A DNA stretch of 64,000 bases from an uncultured Candidatus Saccharibacteria bacterium. GTDB taxonomy: Bacteria > Patescibacteriota > UBA1384 > XYA2-FULL-43-10 > 1-14-0-10-43-13. Within the stretch, counting starts at the first letter, position 1; each line of letters opens with the position of its first letter. Of this stretch, positions 29,844 to 38,809 are shown in pieces. The stretch is taken from assembly GCA_964543385.1 (NCBI GenBank), contig CAZIYE010000001.1:422755-486754 (forward strand), in the 5' to 3' direction. The position numbers and the translations under genes are program-made. The notes beneath the pieces were generated by a model, which had not been told where the DNA came from, did not search any database, and saw only the letters and a program-made list of their open reading frames with translations.

Positions 29844-30842
29844 ATGATAAACTTTTCAATCAAAAATTCGAATCCGATACTTGGCCTAGACATCGGCTAT
29901 CAGACCTTGAAACTTGTTCAGATTAAACAGACCAAGCATGGGTCATCTTTAATTGGCGCTATAGAGATACCATTGGAACAAAAAATTTTAGACAAAGACA
30001 AATTTCGCAATAAAGCAGACACTGCTAATCTGATAAAAGAAGCAATAAAAGAGGCTAAGCCAAATTCAATAACAGCAAGAAGAATCGTGTCAGCACTTCC
30101 AGAAACTTTTGTTTTCAGCAAAACTGTACAAATGCCCAAGATGACACAACAGGAATATTTGGCGGCAATACCAAATGAAATTGCAGGTTTTCTTCCTATC
30201 CCAATCAATGATGTTTATTTTGACTATCAAGTCCTTGTCGCTCATCCTGATGAGCCCTTAAATGATATATTGGTTGTCGCAACGCCAAAGAGATTAGTCG
30301 ATGATTACGTCGAGATGGCACAGCTCGCTGGCCTAGAACTTGTAGCTTTGGAAACCAAACCATTGGCGGTTGGCAGAGCAATAATTGGAGATGATGACAA
30401 GAGTGGATCACTTGTCATCCATATAGGGACTGAATACTCTAGAATCGCTATTTGGGATGACGGCAATTTGAAACTAACAACCACCGTTAACACTGGACAG
30501 AATCAACTTCTAGAAAGCCTGGGATATACAGGAAAGCTGGATAAAAAAGAGATTAAACTAAGCGAAGCAAGTGAAAAAGATATTGCTATACCTTTAAATA
30601 ATATTATTGAAGAAGCAATAAATGCCATTAAATATCATCTCAACAGAGGATATAAACCAAAACCAATTAGCAAAATTATGCTTTGTGGATCTGGTATATT
30701 AATAAGCGGTCTTGATAATTTAGTAGAAAAAGAAATCAAGATTAAAACTGAGATCGAGAAAATAAAATTGACAGGCAAGGAATCATTGCAGCCACAATAT
30801 ATTGCAGCTTATGGTTTGGCTCTAAGAAAAGAGGAGGAATAA
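29844..30842 (+). CDS. pilM: Type IV pilus assembly protein PilM (actin-like ATPase fold)
   Basis: ILGLDIGYQTLKLVQIK N-terminus, 332 aa; start abuts the pilC stop. Confidence 0.75.
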   Translation: MINFSIKNSNPILGLDIGYQTLKLVQIKQTKHGSSLIGAIEIPLEQKILDKDKFRNKADTANLIKEAIKEAKPNSITARRIVSALPETFVFSKTVQMPKMTQQEYLAAIPNEIAGFLPIPINDVYFDYQVLVAHPDEPLNDILVVATPKRLVDDYVEMAQLAGLELVALETKPLAVGRAIIGDDDKSGSLVIHIGTEYSRIAIWDDGNLKLTTTVNTGQNQLLESLGYTGKLDKKEIKLSEASEKDIAIPLNNIIEEAINAIKYHLNRGYKPKPISKIMLCGSGILISGLDNLVEKEIKIKTEIEKIKLTGKESLQPQYIAAYGLALRKEEE

Positions 30843-30843
30843 T

Positions 30844-31380
30844 ATGACAATCAACCTAATCCCTCCAGCATTAAAAAAACAAAAAGAATTAGCTGCCATT
30901 TCTAATCAAATAATCTTTGGTTTGTGCGTCATTTTAATTATGCTGGGAATAATGTCTGGGGCTATATTTGTTTATAATTCGACTTTGACAAAAGACATCT
31001 CCAAGACCGATCAAGATATCTTAGAGCAAAGCAAAAGGCTAAAAAGCTTTAAGGATTTAGAAGCATTAATCAAGACGGCCAATCAAAAGCTCGATAAAAT
31101 CGATGATATCTCAAAAGGGAGAATGATTTGGAGCAAAATCATTGTAGAAATTTCAAATTTTACTCCGAAAGGAGTACAAATTAAAACTATGGATTTAAAT
31201 CAGGACACAAATAACGGTGTGCTTTCAGGAGTCGCCACAACGCGCAAAGATATTGCATTGTTTAAGGAAAAATTAGAGAAAGGTGGCTTTAAGAACGTCA
31301 CATTTACATCTTCATCGTATAATCAAAATACAAACGATTATACTTTTTCTCTTTCGGTTGGATTGGAGGGAAAACAATGA
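30844..31380 (+). CDS. pilN: Type IV pilus assembly protein PilN (single N-terminal TM)
   Basis: Size, topology (LIPPALKKQKE then TM) and position after pilM; GAGGAGG RBS. Confidence 0.65.
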   Translation: MTINLIPPALKKQKELAAISNQIIFGLCVILIMLGIMSGAIFVYNSTLTKDISKTDQDILEQSKRLKSFKDLEALIKTANQKLDKIDDISKGRMIWSKIIVEISNFTPKGVQIKTMDLNQDTNNGVLSGVATTRKDIALFKEKLEKGGFKNVTFTSSSYNQNTNDYTFSLSVGLEGKQ

Positions 31381-31925
31381 ACTCAATCAAAACGACAATA
31401 TTTTATCTCCTTTTAATTTGTTCACTGGTTACGATACTCATCGTATTTATATTGCTACCTACCGTTACAAATATAAACGAGAATAAAAAGATTCTTTCAA
31501 GCAAACAAACAGAGTTTATGGATAATGAAGAGAAAATATCTATTTTAAGAGGCCTACAGAAGAATCCTAGCGACCTTAAAATAAGGATTGATAAGATCAA
31601 CAATCTTTGGCCTACAAACAGCGAGATAAGCGGTTTCATTGTAAACTTGGAGAATATCGCTGTTGCGCAAGATATAAACTTAAAAAATATTTCCATGTCT
31701 GAACCAAAAGCTGTTTCTGATAGCAAAAAAGACTCAAAAAACAAGAAAAAGATGTCCATTCAATTCTCCTTTGACACTCAAGCTGCTTTCAATCAAAGCC
31801 TGACAATAGTTAAAGACATGGAGACACTTAGCCGTTTTAATTCTATTAAACAGATCAATTTGACCAGAGGTGATGAAGGGTTGGTTTTCATGAAAGTAAC
31901 AGGGAATGTCTACTATGGCGAATAA
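31377..31925 (+). CDS. pilO: Type IV pilus assembly protein PilO-like
   Basis: N-terminal TM then coiled coil; overlaps the pilN stop by 4 bp. Assigned by context. Confidence 0.55.
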   Translation: MNSIKTTIFYLLLICSLVTILIVFILLPTVTNINENKKILSSKQTEFMDNEEKISILRGLQKNPSDLKIRIDKINNLWPTNSEISGFIVNLENIAVAQDINLKNISMSEPKAVSDSKKDSKNKKKMSIQFSFDTQAAFNQSLTIVKDMETLSRFNSIKQINLTRGDEGLVFMKVTGNVYYGE

Positions 31926-32169
31926 AACGAAAAACGATATCACCGCATTGATTATAGTTACAATGGTTATAATAATCGGATTTTTTCTAATTTTTTGGTT
32001 TTATTCGATAGTATCAACACTAGGAGTACAATCGGAAGACATAAGCAAAACTTTAGAGATAAAGGATGCTATTGTAGAGCAAATAACTAGTCAAAATGCC
32101 CAAAACACTCCGCTATTGCTCGAAGGAAATGACTTTGGCAGAGAAAATCCTTTTGGCAAAATAAATTAA
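31906..32169 (+). CDS. Small single-TM protein, last gene of the pilus operon
   Basis: 87 aa, N-terminal TM helix, followed by the operon terminator. Confidence 0.4.
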   Translation: MSTMANKTKNDITALIIVTMVIIIGFFLIFWFYSIVSTLGVQSEDISKTLEIKDAIVEQITSQNAQNTPLLLEGNDFGRENPFGKIN

Positions 32170-32175
32170 ATATAA

Positions 32176-32212
32176 ATAAAAAATACCCATATTTTCAGGG
32201 TATTTTTTATTT
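32176..32212. terminator. Bidirectional intrinsic terminator (AAAATACCC-atattttca-GGGTATTTT plus T-run)
   Basis: Perfect 9-bp stem with flanking A and T runs between convergent operons. Confidence 0.7.
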
Positions 32213-32233
32213 ATATAAAGAAGAGCTAAATGT

Positions 32234-32614
32234 TCACCTCAAAGATAAAGACTTCTCAATAGCATCTATAACTTGAGCCGGCATTATTTCACTTTTGATA
32301 AGATATTGATCATACGGCTTCATCATATTTTTGATCTTATTTATTTCTTGTACAAGTGCTGTCAACAATATTACTGGGATATTAGCTGTTTTTTCATCCT
32401 CCCGAATCTTCTTCATGACATCAATACCATTAATCTTTGGCATCATAATGTCTAACAAAATGACATCAGGCATATCTTTGTATACCTTCTCAATAGCCTC
32501 TTCGCCATCATAAGCAGAAACAATGCTATATCCCTCTGCTCTTAGCCTTTCAGCATACATCTCGTGCAAAGTCATATCGTCATCTACTAATAGAATTTTA
32601 GCGCTGGTTGCCAT
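32234..32614 (-). CDS. Standalone response-regulator receiver domain (CheY/PilH-like)
   Basis: ILLVDDD ... D at position about 55 (LLDIMMP) ... K near the C-terminus; 126 aa, no output domain. Confidence 0.85.
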   Translation of the reverse strand: MATSAKILLVDDDMTLHEMYAERLRAEGYSIVSAYDGEEAIEKVYKDMPDVILLDIMMPKINGIDVMKKIREDEKTANIPVILLTALVQEINKIKNMMKPYDQYLIKSEIMPAQVIDAIEKSLSLR

Positions 32615-32622
32615 TTTGCCTC

Positions 32623-33753
32623 CTAATCAGGTTTTTGATAAATTACGTAGTCAAATAAATCATACAACGTACCGGATTGGCGGTCAATATTAGCACTGAT
32701 AGTTCTCGTAGCACCGCTATAATAACCCGTTGAGATAATATTTGTAACTGGACCAGGAATTACGTTGGTTTTTGTTTGGTTCAAGCAGGTTAAACTAGTA
32801 GCACACTGCATCGTAGATAACCCGATATAAGCGTCGTAAAATAAAGGTTTCATGGAGAGAGTTACTTTTGCAGGAGCAACTATGGGTTTTGTGCCAAATT
32901 GGGATTCAAATACAGAAATTAAATTATCCTTATGCCAAACAATATCACCATTAGAAATACTGTTTGCTATTATTAGTTCATTTGGACAGCTAAGATCAGC
33001 TCCCCTGCCAAGGACTACGCAAGTGCTAGCTGCAGTCGCTGATGTTATAATTGTTTTATATTCCCTGATATCCGTTCCTGTCCCAGTATAGTCAACTGTC
33101 AATTTTGCATACATTATAGCTTTCTTCTGGAAGTCAGGATCAGGAGATGCAGGGCTCAAATATTTTGTCATTATTCTTATATCATTGTTTATGCCAGAAT
33201 CAGCAAAATTGAGTTTACTTAAATCTATTTTGTAAGTTTCATCCCTCATCATTTTAAGAAATCCGTACTTGCCGCTACCATAGTTAGGGTCGAGAAGATC
33301 GATGGTGTTAAATGCTTCATCACCGTTAATATTATGACCATAAAGTGGAATAGATATGGTTCCGGCGAATCCCATCCTTAAATCATAAACCTGTTGATTT
33401 ATATAAGTAGATGAGATTGTAGTGGTCTTGGCTATTCCACCATAACCTGTGCCACGTGTAGTAATTGGTGATGGCACGTTAAGATATGATCTAAAAACCA
33501 TATTTTCACCGACTTTCCAATCATAAGTAGCTGTGCCATCGCCATAAGGAATCTCTGCATTTCTATCATATCTGTATCTCAGGAAACCTTCCTCTATGCC
33601 GGACTCAGCTGCATAATAAGCACTAATACCATTTTCTGTAATACTGGCATTTCTGGATTCAATCAGAAATATACGGCCAAAAGAAAAAGCCAAACCGCCA
33701 ATAGCTGCGACTAAGAATACTGCGATTACGATAGCTGAACCCCTCTGTTTCAT
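32623..33753 (-). CDS. PilX-like minor pilin / pilus-associated protein with N-terminal TM
   Basis: MKQRGSAIVIAVFLVAAIGGLAFSF resembles PilX_N. AAAGAGG RBS before the ATG at 33753; the ORF-track start at 33867 is less likely. Confidence 0.55.
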   Translation of the reverse strand: MKQRGSAIVIAVFLVAAIGGLAFSFGRIFLIESRNASITENGISAYYAAESGIEEGFLRYRYDRNAEIPYGDGTATYDWKVGENMVFRSYLNVPSPITTRGTGYGGIAKTTTISSTYINQQVYDLRMGFAGTISIPLYGHNINGDEAFNTIDLLDPNYGSGKYGFLKMMRDETYKIDLSKLNFADSGINNDIRIMTKYLSPASPDPDFQKKAIMYAKLTVDYTGTGTDIREYKTIITSATAASTCVVLGRGADLSCPNELIIANSISNGDIVWHKDNLISVFESQFGTKPIVAPAKVTLSMKPLFYDAYIGLSTMQCATSLTCLNQTKTNVIPGPVTNIISTGYYSGATRTISANIDRQSGTLYDLFDYVIYQKPD

Positions 33754-33846
33754 CTCGGCCTCTTTATTTAAGTAAATTATAATCGAAATAAGAAAAGTTT
33801 GCAAAAGGTTATCAATCCAAAAGAATTTGGGTATAATGTTGATACC

Positions 33847-35130
33847 ATGAGAAAAAATCAAAGCCACCTTACCTGGGAAGCTATCACTTGGATATTGATT
33901 ATCGCTCTCACTCTAACCACAGTGATATTTTTTCCGTGGTATATAGCCGGCAATGTATTGAGTATTATTCTTGGGATAGCAGTTGCCGCTACAGTTTTTT
34001 GGTATTTCAAAAGCAGACAGCTGTATTTGGAAAGTCAAGATAAGAGTAAAAAAATCTTGGCAGATCAAAAAGAAATTAAAAACCACCAAAAGACAATTGA
34101 TCTGATTTATGAAAACTCCGCCGATGGTATTCTGATATTGGACAATGAACAAAGGATAGAAAGCTTTTCCCCAGGCATGGAAAATATTACGGGATATGAG
34201 TCTCGTGAAGTTATTGGACTATTAGCAAAACAGGTTCTAAAATTTCGTGCGGAAAAAGGAGAAAGTCTTTTGCCGGATCTAATGTTTTTGCCAAAAGACA
34301 TCAGAAAAAGACCTTATTCAAAAAGCTATATCACAACAAAAGAAGGGCGAGAAATAACTGTTGAGGCAAGTTACACCTCTATAAAAACAAAGGACGAACA
34401 CAAAGCGATGGCTATTATCCGTGATGTTACTTATGCTGAAGATTTAGTGACGCGCGACAAGGAATTTATTGCCATTACATCTCATCAAATGAACACCCCT
34501 CTTTCAATAATGCGTGGCTATCTTTCTATGCTAATTAATGGCAAGGCCGGTAAAATTTCTGAAAATCAAAAAAAATATTTACAGGAGGTATATGATTCTA
34601 CCAAGAAGCTTATATCCCTCACTAATAATCTACTATCGATATCAAGAATTGAGCAGGAAAAAGTTGTAATCGAAAAATCAGAATTATCAACTAAAGATCT
34701 AGCTGCGCAACTCCGGAAGAATGCGAATACAGAGGCTATAAGCAAAGAAGTTTCTCTGGAAATAGAAATGCCCGAGCCAGACTTTATTTTCTATGCAGAT
34801 GAAGCAAAACTAGTCCAAGCATTATCAAACCTCATCGATAACGCTATAAAATATACAAAAAAAGGCAAAATAAAAGTTTCCTTCAGCAAGAAAAGTGATT
34901 CTGTCACTATTTGTATCAGTGACACTGGTATCGGTATCCCTGACGCCGACACCGAAAAGATTGGGGAGAAATTTTACAGATCTCAAAATGCTATTGATAC
35001 TGACAATAAGGGTACTGGTTTAGGATTATTCATTGCAAGAACTATAATTGAAAAACACAATGGACAAATACAACTCAGTAGCAAAATAAATTCAGGAACA
35101 AAAATAACAATAAACTTACCAGTGAGGTGA
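33847..35130 (+). CDS. Sensor histidine kinase (2 TM, PAS, HisKA, HATPase_c)
   Basis: H-box ITSHQMNTPL, N/G1/G2 boxes (NLIDNAIKYT, DTGIGIP, GTGLGLFIA). Start taken at the ATG at 33847; the upstream TTG at 33799 is less likely. Confidence 0.85.
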   Translation: MRKNQSHLTWEAITWILIIALTLTTVIFFPWYIAGNVLSIILGIAVAATVFWYFKSRQLYLESQDKSKKILADQKEIKNHQKTIDLIYENSADGILILDNEQRIESFSPGMENITGYESREVIGLLAKQVLKFRAEKGESLLPDLMFLPKDIRKRPYSKSYITTKEGREITVEASYTSIKTKDEHKAMAIIRDVTYAEDLVTRDKEFIAITSHQMNTPLSIMRGYLSMLINGKAGKISENQKKYLQEVYDSTKKLISLTNNLLSISRIEQEKVVIEKSELSTKDLAAQLRKNANTEAISKEVSLEIEMPEPDFIFYADEAKLVQALSNLIDNAIKYTKKGKIKVSFSKKSDSVTICISDTGIGIPDADTEKIGEKFYRSQNAIDTDNKGTGLGLFIARTIIEKHNGQIQLSSKINSGTKITINLPVR

Positions 35131-35504
35131 ATATGAACATGAGAGACAAAAATATTTTAATAATTGACGATGAAGAACCAATACTTAGAATGTATTCTGC
35201 TTCGTTAAGTGAATACAATATTTTGACTGCTTCAAACGGAGAAGAGGGATTGGCAGTCGCAAAATCCGAGAAACCAGATCTGATTTATCTTGATATTATC
35301 ATGCCTAAGATAAACGGCTTGGATGTACTCAAAAAACTGAAAGATGATGATCAGACAAAGGAAATCCCTGTCATTCTCCTAACAAACTTGCCAGAGGAAG
35401 CGTCAAAAGACAAAGCCGAGGCGCTCGGCGCATATGATTACTTCGTAAAGGTTAATTATGAACCAGAAGACCTCCTCGAAGCGACAAAGAAGATATTGAA
35501 ATAA
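35127..35504 (+). CDS. Standalone response-regulator receiver domain
   Basis: ILIIDDEE ... LDIIMPKINGLDVL ... K; 125 aa; 4-bp overlap with the kinase gene. Confidence 0.85.
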   Translation: MNMNMRDKNILIIDDEEPILRMYSASLSEYNILTASNGEEGLAVAKSEKPDLIYLDIIMPKINGLDVLKKLKDDDQTKEIPVILLTNLPEEASKDKAEALGAYDYFVKVNYEPEDLLEATKKILK

Positions 35505-35530
35505 ACTTCTTATTATTTATAAAAACAATC

Positions 35531-35566
35531 AAAAAATGTTCTGAATTTTTATTCAGAACATTTTTT
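35531..35566. terminator. Bidirectional terminator (12-bp stem AATGTTCTGAAT/ATTCAGAACATT, TTTT loop)
   Basis: Perfect inverted repeat flanked by A6 and T6. Confidence 0.7.
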
Positions 35567-35640
35567 GGTAGCGTCATGGGGAATCGAACCCCAATTACCG
35601 CCGTGAGAGGGCGGCGTACTAACCGTTATACGATGACGCC
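35566..35640 (-). tRNA. tRNA-Glu (anticodon CUC)
   Basis: Cloverleaf folded by hand: acceptor GGCGTCA/TGACGCT, anticodon loop CUCUCAC, T-loop TTCGATT, encoded CCA. Confidence 0.85.
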
Positions 35641-35910
35641 ATAAATCTTACTGATTCTAACACTTTTGAGTATTTTTTTCAAGAAGCAACACTCTTCAAA
35701 TGGAACAAAGAGCGTTTACCTCTACAATGTTTTTTCCGGCATATTTCGTTGACGAATAAGGATTTGTTAATACATCAGTAGAAAAGGCCGCTTAGAGCTT
35801 CTTAAGATTTTACAACGGTATAATATCCCCATAATATTAATGGTAATTTCACATAGAACAAGCATTGAGAACAGCCTGATAATATGGTATAAATTTAAGG
35901 ACAATTATTC

Positions 35911-35984
35911 TCCGAGATCGTCTAGTGGCAGGACAGCAGATTCTGGATCTGCTTACCTAGGTTCGAATCCTAGTCTCGGAACCA
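35911..35984 (+). tRNA. tRNA-Gln (anticodon CUG)
   Basis: Acceptor TCCGAGA/TCTCGGA, anticodon loop TTCTGGA, T-loop TTCGAAT, encoded CCA. Confidence 0.85.
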
Positions 35985-35988
35985 TAAT

Positions 35989-36018
35989 AAAAACACCAAT
36001 TTCTTGGTGTTTTTATTT
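35989..36018. terminator. Intrinsic terminator (ACACCAA-tttc-TTGGTGT plus T5)
   Basis: Hairpin then T-run directly after tRNA-Gln; also 3' of the convergent helicase gene. Confidence 0.65.
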
Positions 36019-36035
36019 ATATATCTAGGTCTTTG

Positions 36036-37487
36036 TTATCTTGCTTCGACGAATGTCAGAGCTTTACCCTTTTTATCTCCGCGACCAGTTCGGCCAATAC
36101 GGTGGATATAGTCGTCATATGTCTGAGGAACAGTGTAGTTGATGACATGTGAAATATCTTTGATATCAAGTCCTCTAGCTGCAACGTCAGTCGCAACAAG
36201 TATATTGATCGAATTATTTCTAAATTGAGTCAAAGCTTTTAGCCTTTGGTTTTGCTTCTTATCACCATGTATAGACTCTGCTCGGAAACCTTCTCCGATC
36301 AAATTCTGAGTCAATCTCTCCACTTCCATTTTGGTTTCGATAAAGATAAGAACTTTTTTTAGCTCATCTTGTTTCAAAATTTCCTGGAGTTGGGTAAATT
36401 TAACTGCCCTATCTCGTACTCGAACAATATCCTGCTCAACATTTTGGGCCGTTTCGCCAGTTTTGATCTCCACAGTGACAGGATTGTTTAGGAATTTAGA
36501 TACTAAATCTCTAATTTTTATAGGCATTGTCGCTGAAAAGAATAAAGACTGTCTATTTTCTGGTAAGACATTCAATATCTCTCTGATTTCATCAACGAAA
36601 CCCATATCTAACATACGATCTACTTCGTCGAGAACAATATTGGTAAAGGATTCAAATTTTATTAGATTTCGTTCACTCAAATCTTTAAGTCTGCCGGGAG
36701 TACCAATAACAAAGTTTGGATTTCTTCGTAAGTTATTAATTTGCTTGAATATTGGTGATCCACCAACACAAATTGCTGAGAAAAGCTTCATTCCCCATGA
36801 GAATTCTCTGAATTCATTCTCTATCTGAATAGCCAATTCTCTAGTTGGAGCAATGATCAAAACTTTTTCAGATTTATCTTTGAAAACTTTATTAATCAAA
36901 GGCAGTAAAAAAGCACCAGTCTTGCCTGTACCTGTATTCGCTAATCCAACCATGTCTCTGCCTTCCATAATCGGCAAAATAGCCTGATCCTGAATAGGAG
37001 TAGGGGTTGTAAACATTTTTTTACGAAGGTTATTCTGTATCTCTTCACAAAGTTGAAAATCAGCAAAAGAGTTTTTTATCTCTACTGGCTTATTTTGGAC
37101 ATTCTCAGTAGCGTTCTGAACAAATCGTGAAATATCAATCTTCTCTCCCCGTCTTTTTCCTGTTGGCCTTGAACTAAATCTTCTTGGCCCACTAGAAAAA
37201 CTAGAACGAGATCTTTGACCATCTCTACTGCCAAAAGAACTTCTCTGACCAAAAGGCCTTGAAGAACTCTGGCTATCTCTATTAAATCCCCCTTGAGAGC
37301 CGAAAGAGCTACCACCGTCTCTATTGCCAGAAGCATTTCGCGCACCAAATGTTCTAGTTGCGCCCTGTCCTTCTCTGCTTCCAGAGGAACTACGTGAATT
37401 AAATGGTCTGGAGCTACTTTGACCTGTTCTGCTTCCAAAAGTGCTTCGTGCAGCAAAAGAGGCTCGCCCCGATGTGTTTCCTTGCAT
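36036..37487 (-). CDS. DEAD-box ATP-dependent RNA helicase with an N-terminal RG/S-rich low-complexity region
   Basis: Q motif (PTPIQ), Walker A TGTGKT, DEVD (DEAD variant), SAT, HGD/ARGLD motifs. N-terminal about 120 aa is rich in R, G, S, F and Q repeats. ATG at 37487 has a GGAAAG RBS; the TTG at 37529 is less likely. Confidence 0.85.
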   Translation of the reverse strand: MQGNTSGRASFAARSTFGSRTGQSSSRPFNSRSSSGSREGQGATRTFGARNASGNRDGGSSFGSQGGFNRDSQSSSRPFGQRSSFGSRDGQRSRSSFSSGPRRFSSRPTGKRRGEKIDISRFVQNATENVQNKPVEIKNSFADFQLCEEIQNNLRKKMFTTPTPIQDQAILPIMEGRDMVGLANTGTGKTGAFLLPLINKVFKDKSEKVLIIAPTRELAIQIENEFREFSWGMKLFSAICVGGSPIFKQINNLRRNPNFVIGTPGRLKDLSERNLIKFESFTNIVLDEVDRMLDMGFVDEIREILNVLPENRQSLFFSATMPIKIRDLVSKFLNNPVTVEIKTGETAQNVEQDIVRVRDRAVKFTQLQEILKQDELKKVLIFIETKMEVERLTQNLIGEGFRAESIHGDKKQNQRLKALTQFRNNSINILVATDVAARGLDIKDISHVINYTVPQTYDDYIHRIGRTGRGDKKGKALTFVEAR

Positions 37488-37652
37488 AAAAATGCTTTCC
37501 AATGCACCAAAAAAATATGTTTGGTACAAATAATTATAAATTTCGAATTGCTGTATAGAACTTCGAAATCTTAATTATTTCTTGGAAAATCTATAGAACA
37601 AATTCATATTTTTTATACTATAACACGTAAATTTAATTAATGCAAGTGTTAT

Positions 37653-38753
37653 TTAAATTTTATGGTAAAGATCCTCTAGTTTTTCGATAACAGATGGCCA
37701 GCAAAATTTAGGTAAATCTTTCAGAGCATTTTTGGCCAAATTTGCTGCCAAGGTAGGTTTACTCAGGAGTTCAACAATCGCTTTTGCTAGCAACTCTGGA
37801 TTCTTCCTCTCAACCAGCAATCCATTCATTTTGTCTCTGACAATATCAGTAACTCCGCCAGATTTAGTGACAACAACGGGGATATGATTGTTCATCGCTT
37901 CCAATATTGAGATACCAAAAGTTTCAGAAATTGATGACGATACAAAAACATCCCAATTTGATAAATATTTTGGCAAACCAATCTTGTGCCCAAGCAACGA
38001 CACATTTTTTTGCAGATTTAGACGCCTTATCTCTGCTAGTATATTATCTCTTTCACTTCCTTCTCCAATAATCTCAAGTTTTACTGTGGGATATTTTTTA
38101 ATAATATAAGGCAATGCTCTAATTAAATATATGTGCCCTTTTTGCGGATTCAAGTTCCCTATCGTCCCTATGATCAAATCTCTACTTGTATTTTTAATAG
38201 CCAGTTTTTCGTTTAGGTCAATGCCATTATTAATCACTGATACCTTATCAGCAGGAACCTTGATGCCTGATAGATATTCCTTCACGGAAGAAGAAACAGC
38301 AATTATATGATCGCTCCTCCTATACACAAAATTCATCATCTGGGCCTGGATAAAACCATCTAGTAAGCCAGGCAAACGATAGAATTTAGTATAATTATGC
38401 TCAGTAAAAATTATTGCTGCACTTTTGGGGGCTGCTATATTAGAAAAAAAGCCTGCTCTCGGCCCGTGAGAGTGAATAATCAATTTTGTGAATGGGTTAT
38501 CCGAGGATTGGATCTTGCACAGCTCTTTTTTTAGATCCAAGATCGTTTTAAAATCAAATTTGCTTCTAAAAGGTAGATTCGCGACTTTCACCTCTTTAAT
38601 ACCCCTGGCATTTTTAGATAAGAAACCGGCAGGGCAGATAAGATAACAATCGAATTTGTTTTTATCGATATTCTGAAGTATGCCCAAAACATGGGTAGAG
38701 CCACCGCCTATCTCAGAATCACTAATGATTTGAATTAGTTTTATCTTTTGCAT
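37653..38753 (-). CDS. Glycosyltransferase family 4 (GT-B, retaining)
   Basis: N-terminal GGxxxH-type Rossmann, C-terminal E..(7)..E motif region (ETFGISILEAM); 366 aa. Confidence 0.8.
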   Translation of the reverse strand: MQKIKLIQIISDSEIGGGSTHVLGILQNIDKNKFDCYLICPAGFLSKNARGIKEVKVANLPFRSKFDFKTILDLKKELCKIQSSDNPFTKLIIHSHGPRAGFFSNIAAPKSAAIIFTEHNYTKFYRLPGLLDGFIQAQMMNFVYRRSDHIIAVSSSVKEYLSGIKVPADKVSVINNGIDLNEKLAIKNTSRDLIIGTIGNLNPQKGHIYLIRALPYIIKKYPTVKLEIIGEGSERDNILAEIRRLNLQKNVSLLGHKIGLPKYLSNWDVFVSSSISETFGISILEAMNNHIPVVVTKSGGVTDIVRDKMNGLLVERKNPELLAKAIVELLSKPTLAANLAKNALKDLPKFCWPSVIEKLEDLYHKI

Positions 38754-38768
38754 TATAAATATTGTACC

Positions 38769-38805
38769 AAAAAAAGACTAAATCTCAATCTAGTCTTTTT
38801 ATTTC
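38769..38805 (-). terminator. Intrinsic terminator downstream of gltX (AAGACTA-loop-TAGTCTT plus T7 on the minus strand)
   Basis: Hairpin plus T-run when read on the minus strand. Confidence 0.65.
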
Positions 38806-38809
38806 TCTA

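Noticed and set aside
33799-33846. Upstream TTG start for the histidine kinase
   Set aside because: The ORF track extends to a TTG at 33799 that overlaps the divergent promoter region. The ATG at 33847 directly precedes the first TM helix and is preferred.
35840-36028. 62-aa ORF on the + strand
   Set aside because: It lies entirely over tRNA-Gln(CUG) and its terminator hairpin, so the tRNA explains the sequence.
37082-37510. 142-aa minus-strand ORF in the second frame over the helicase N-terminus
   Set aside because: It overlaps the RG-rich repeat region of the DEAD-box gene in another frame; repeat-induced open frame.
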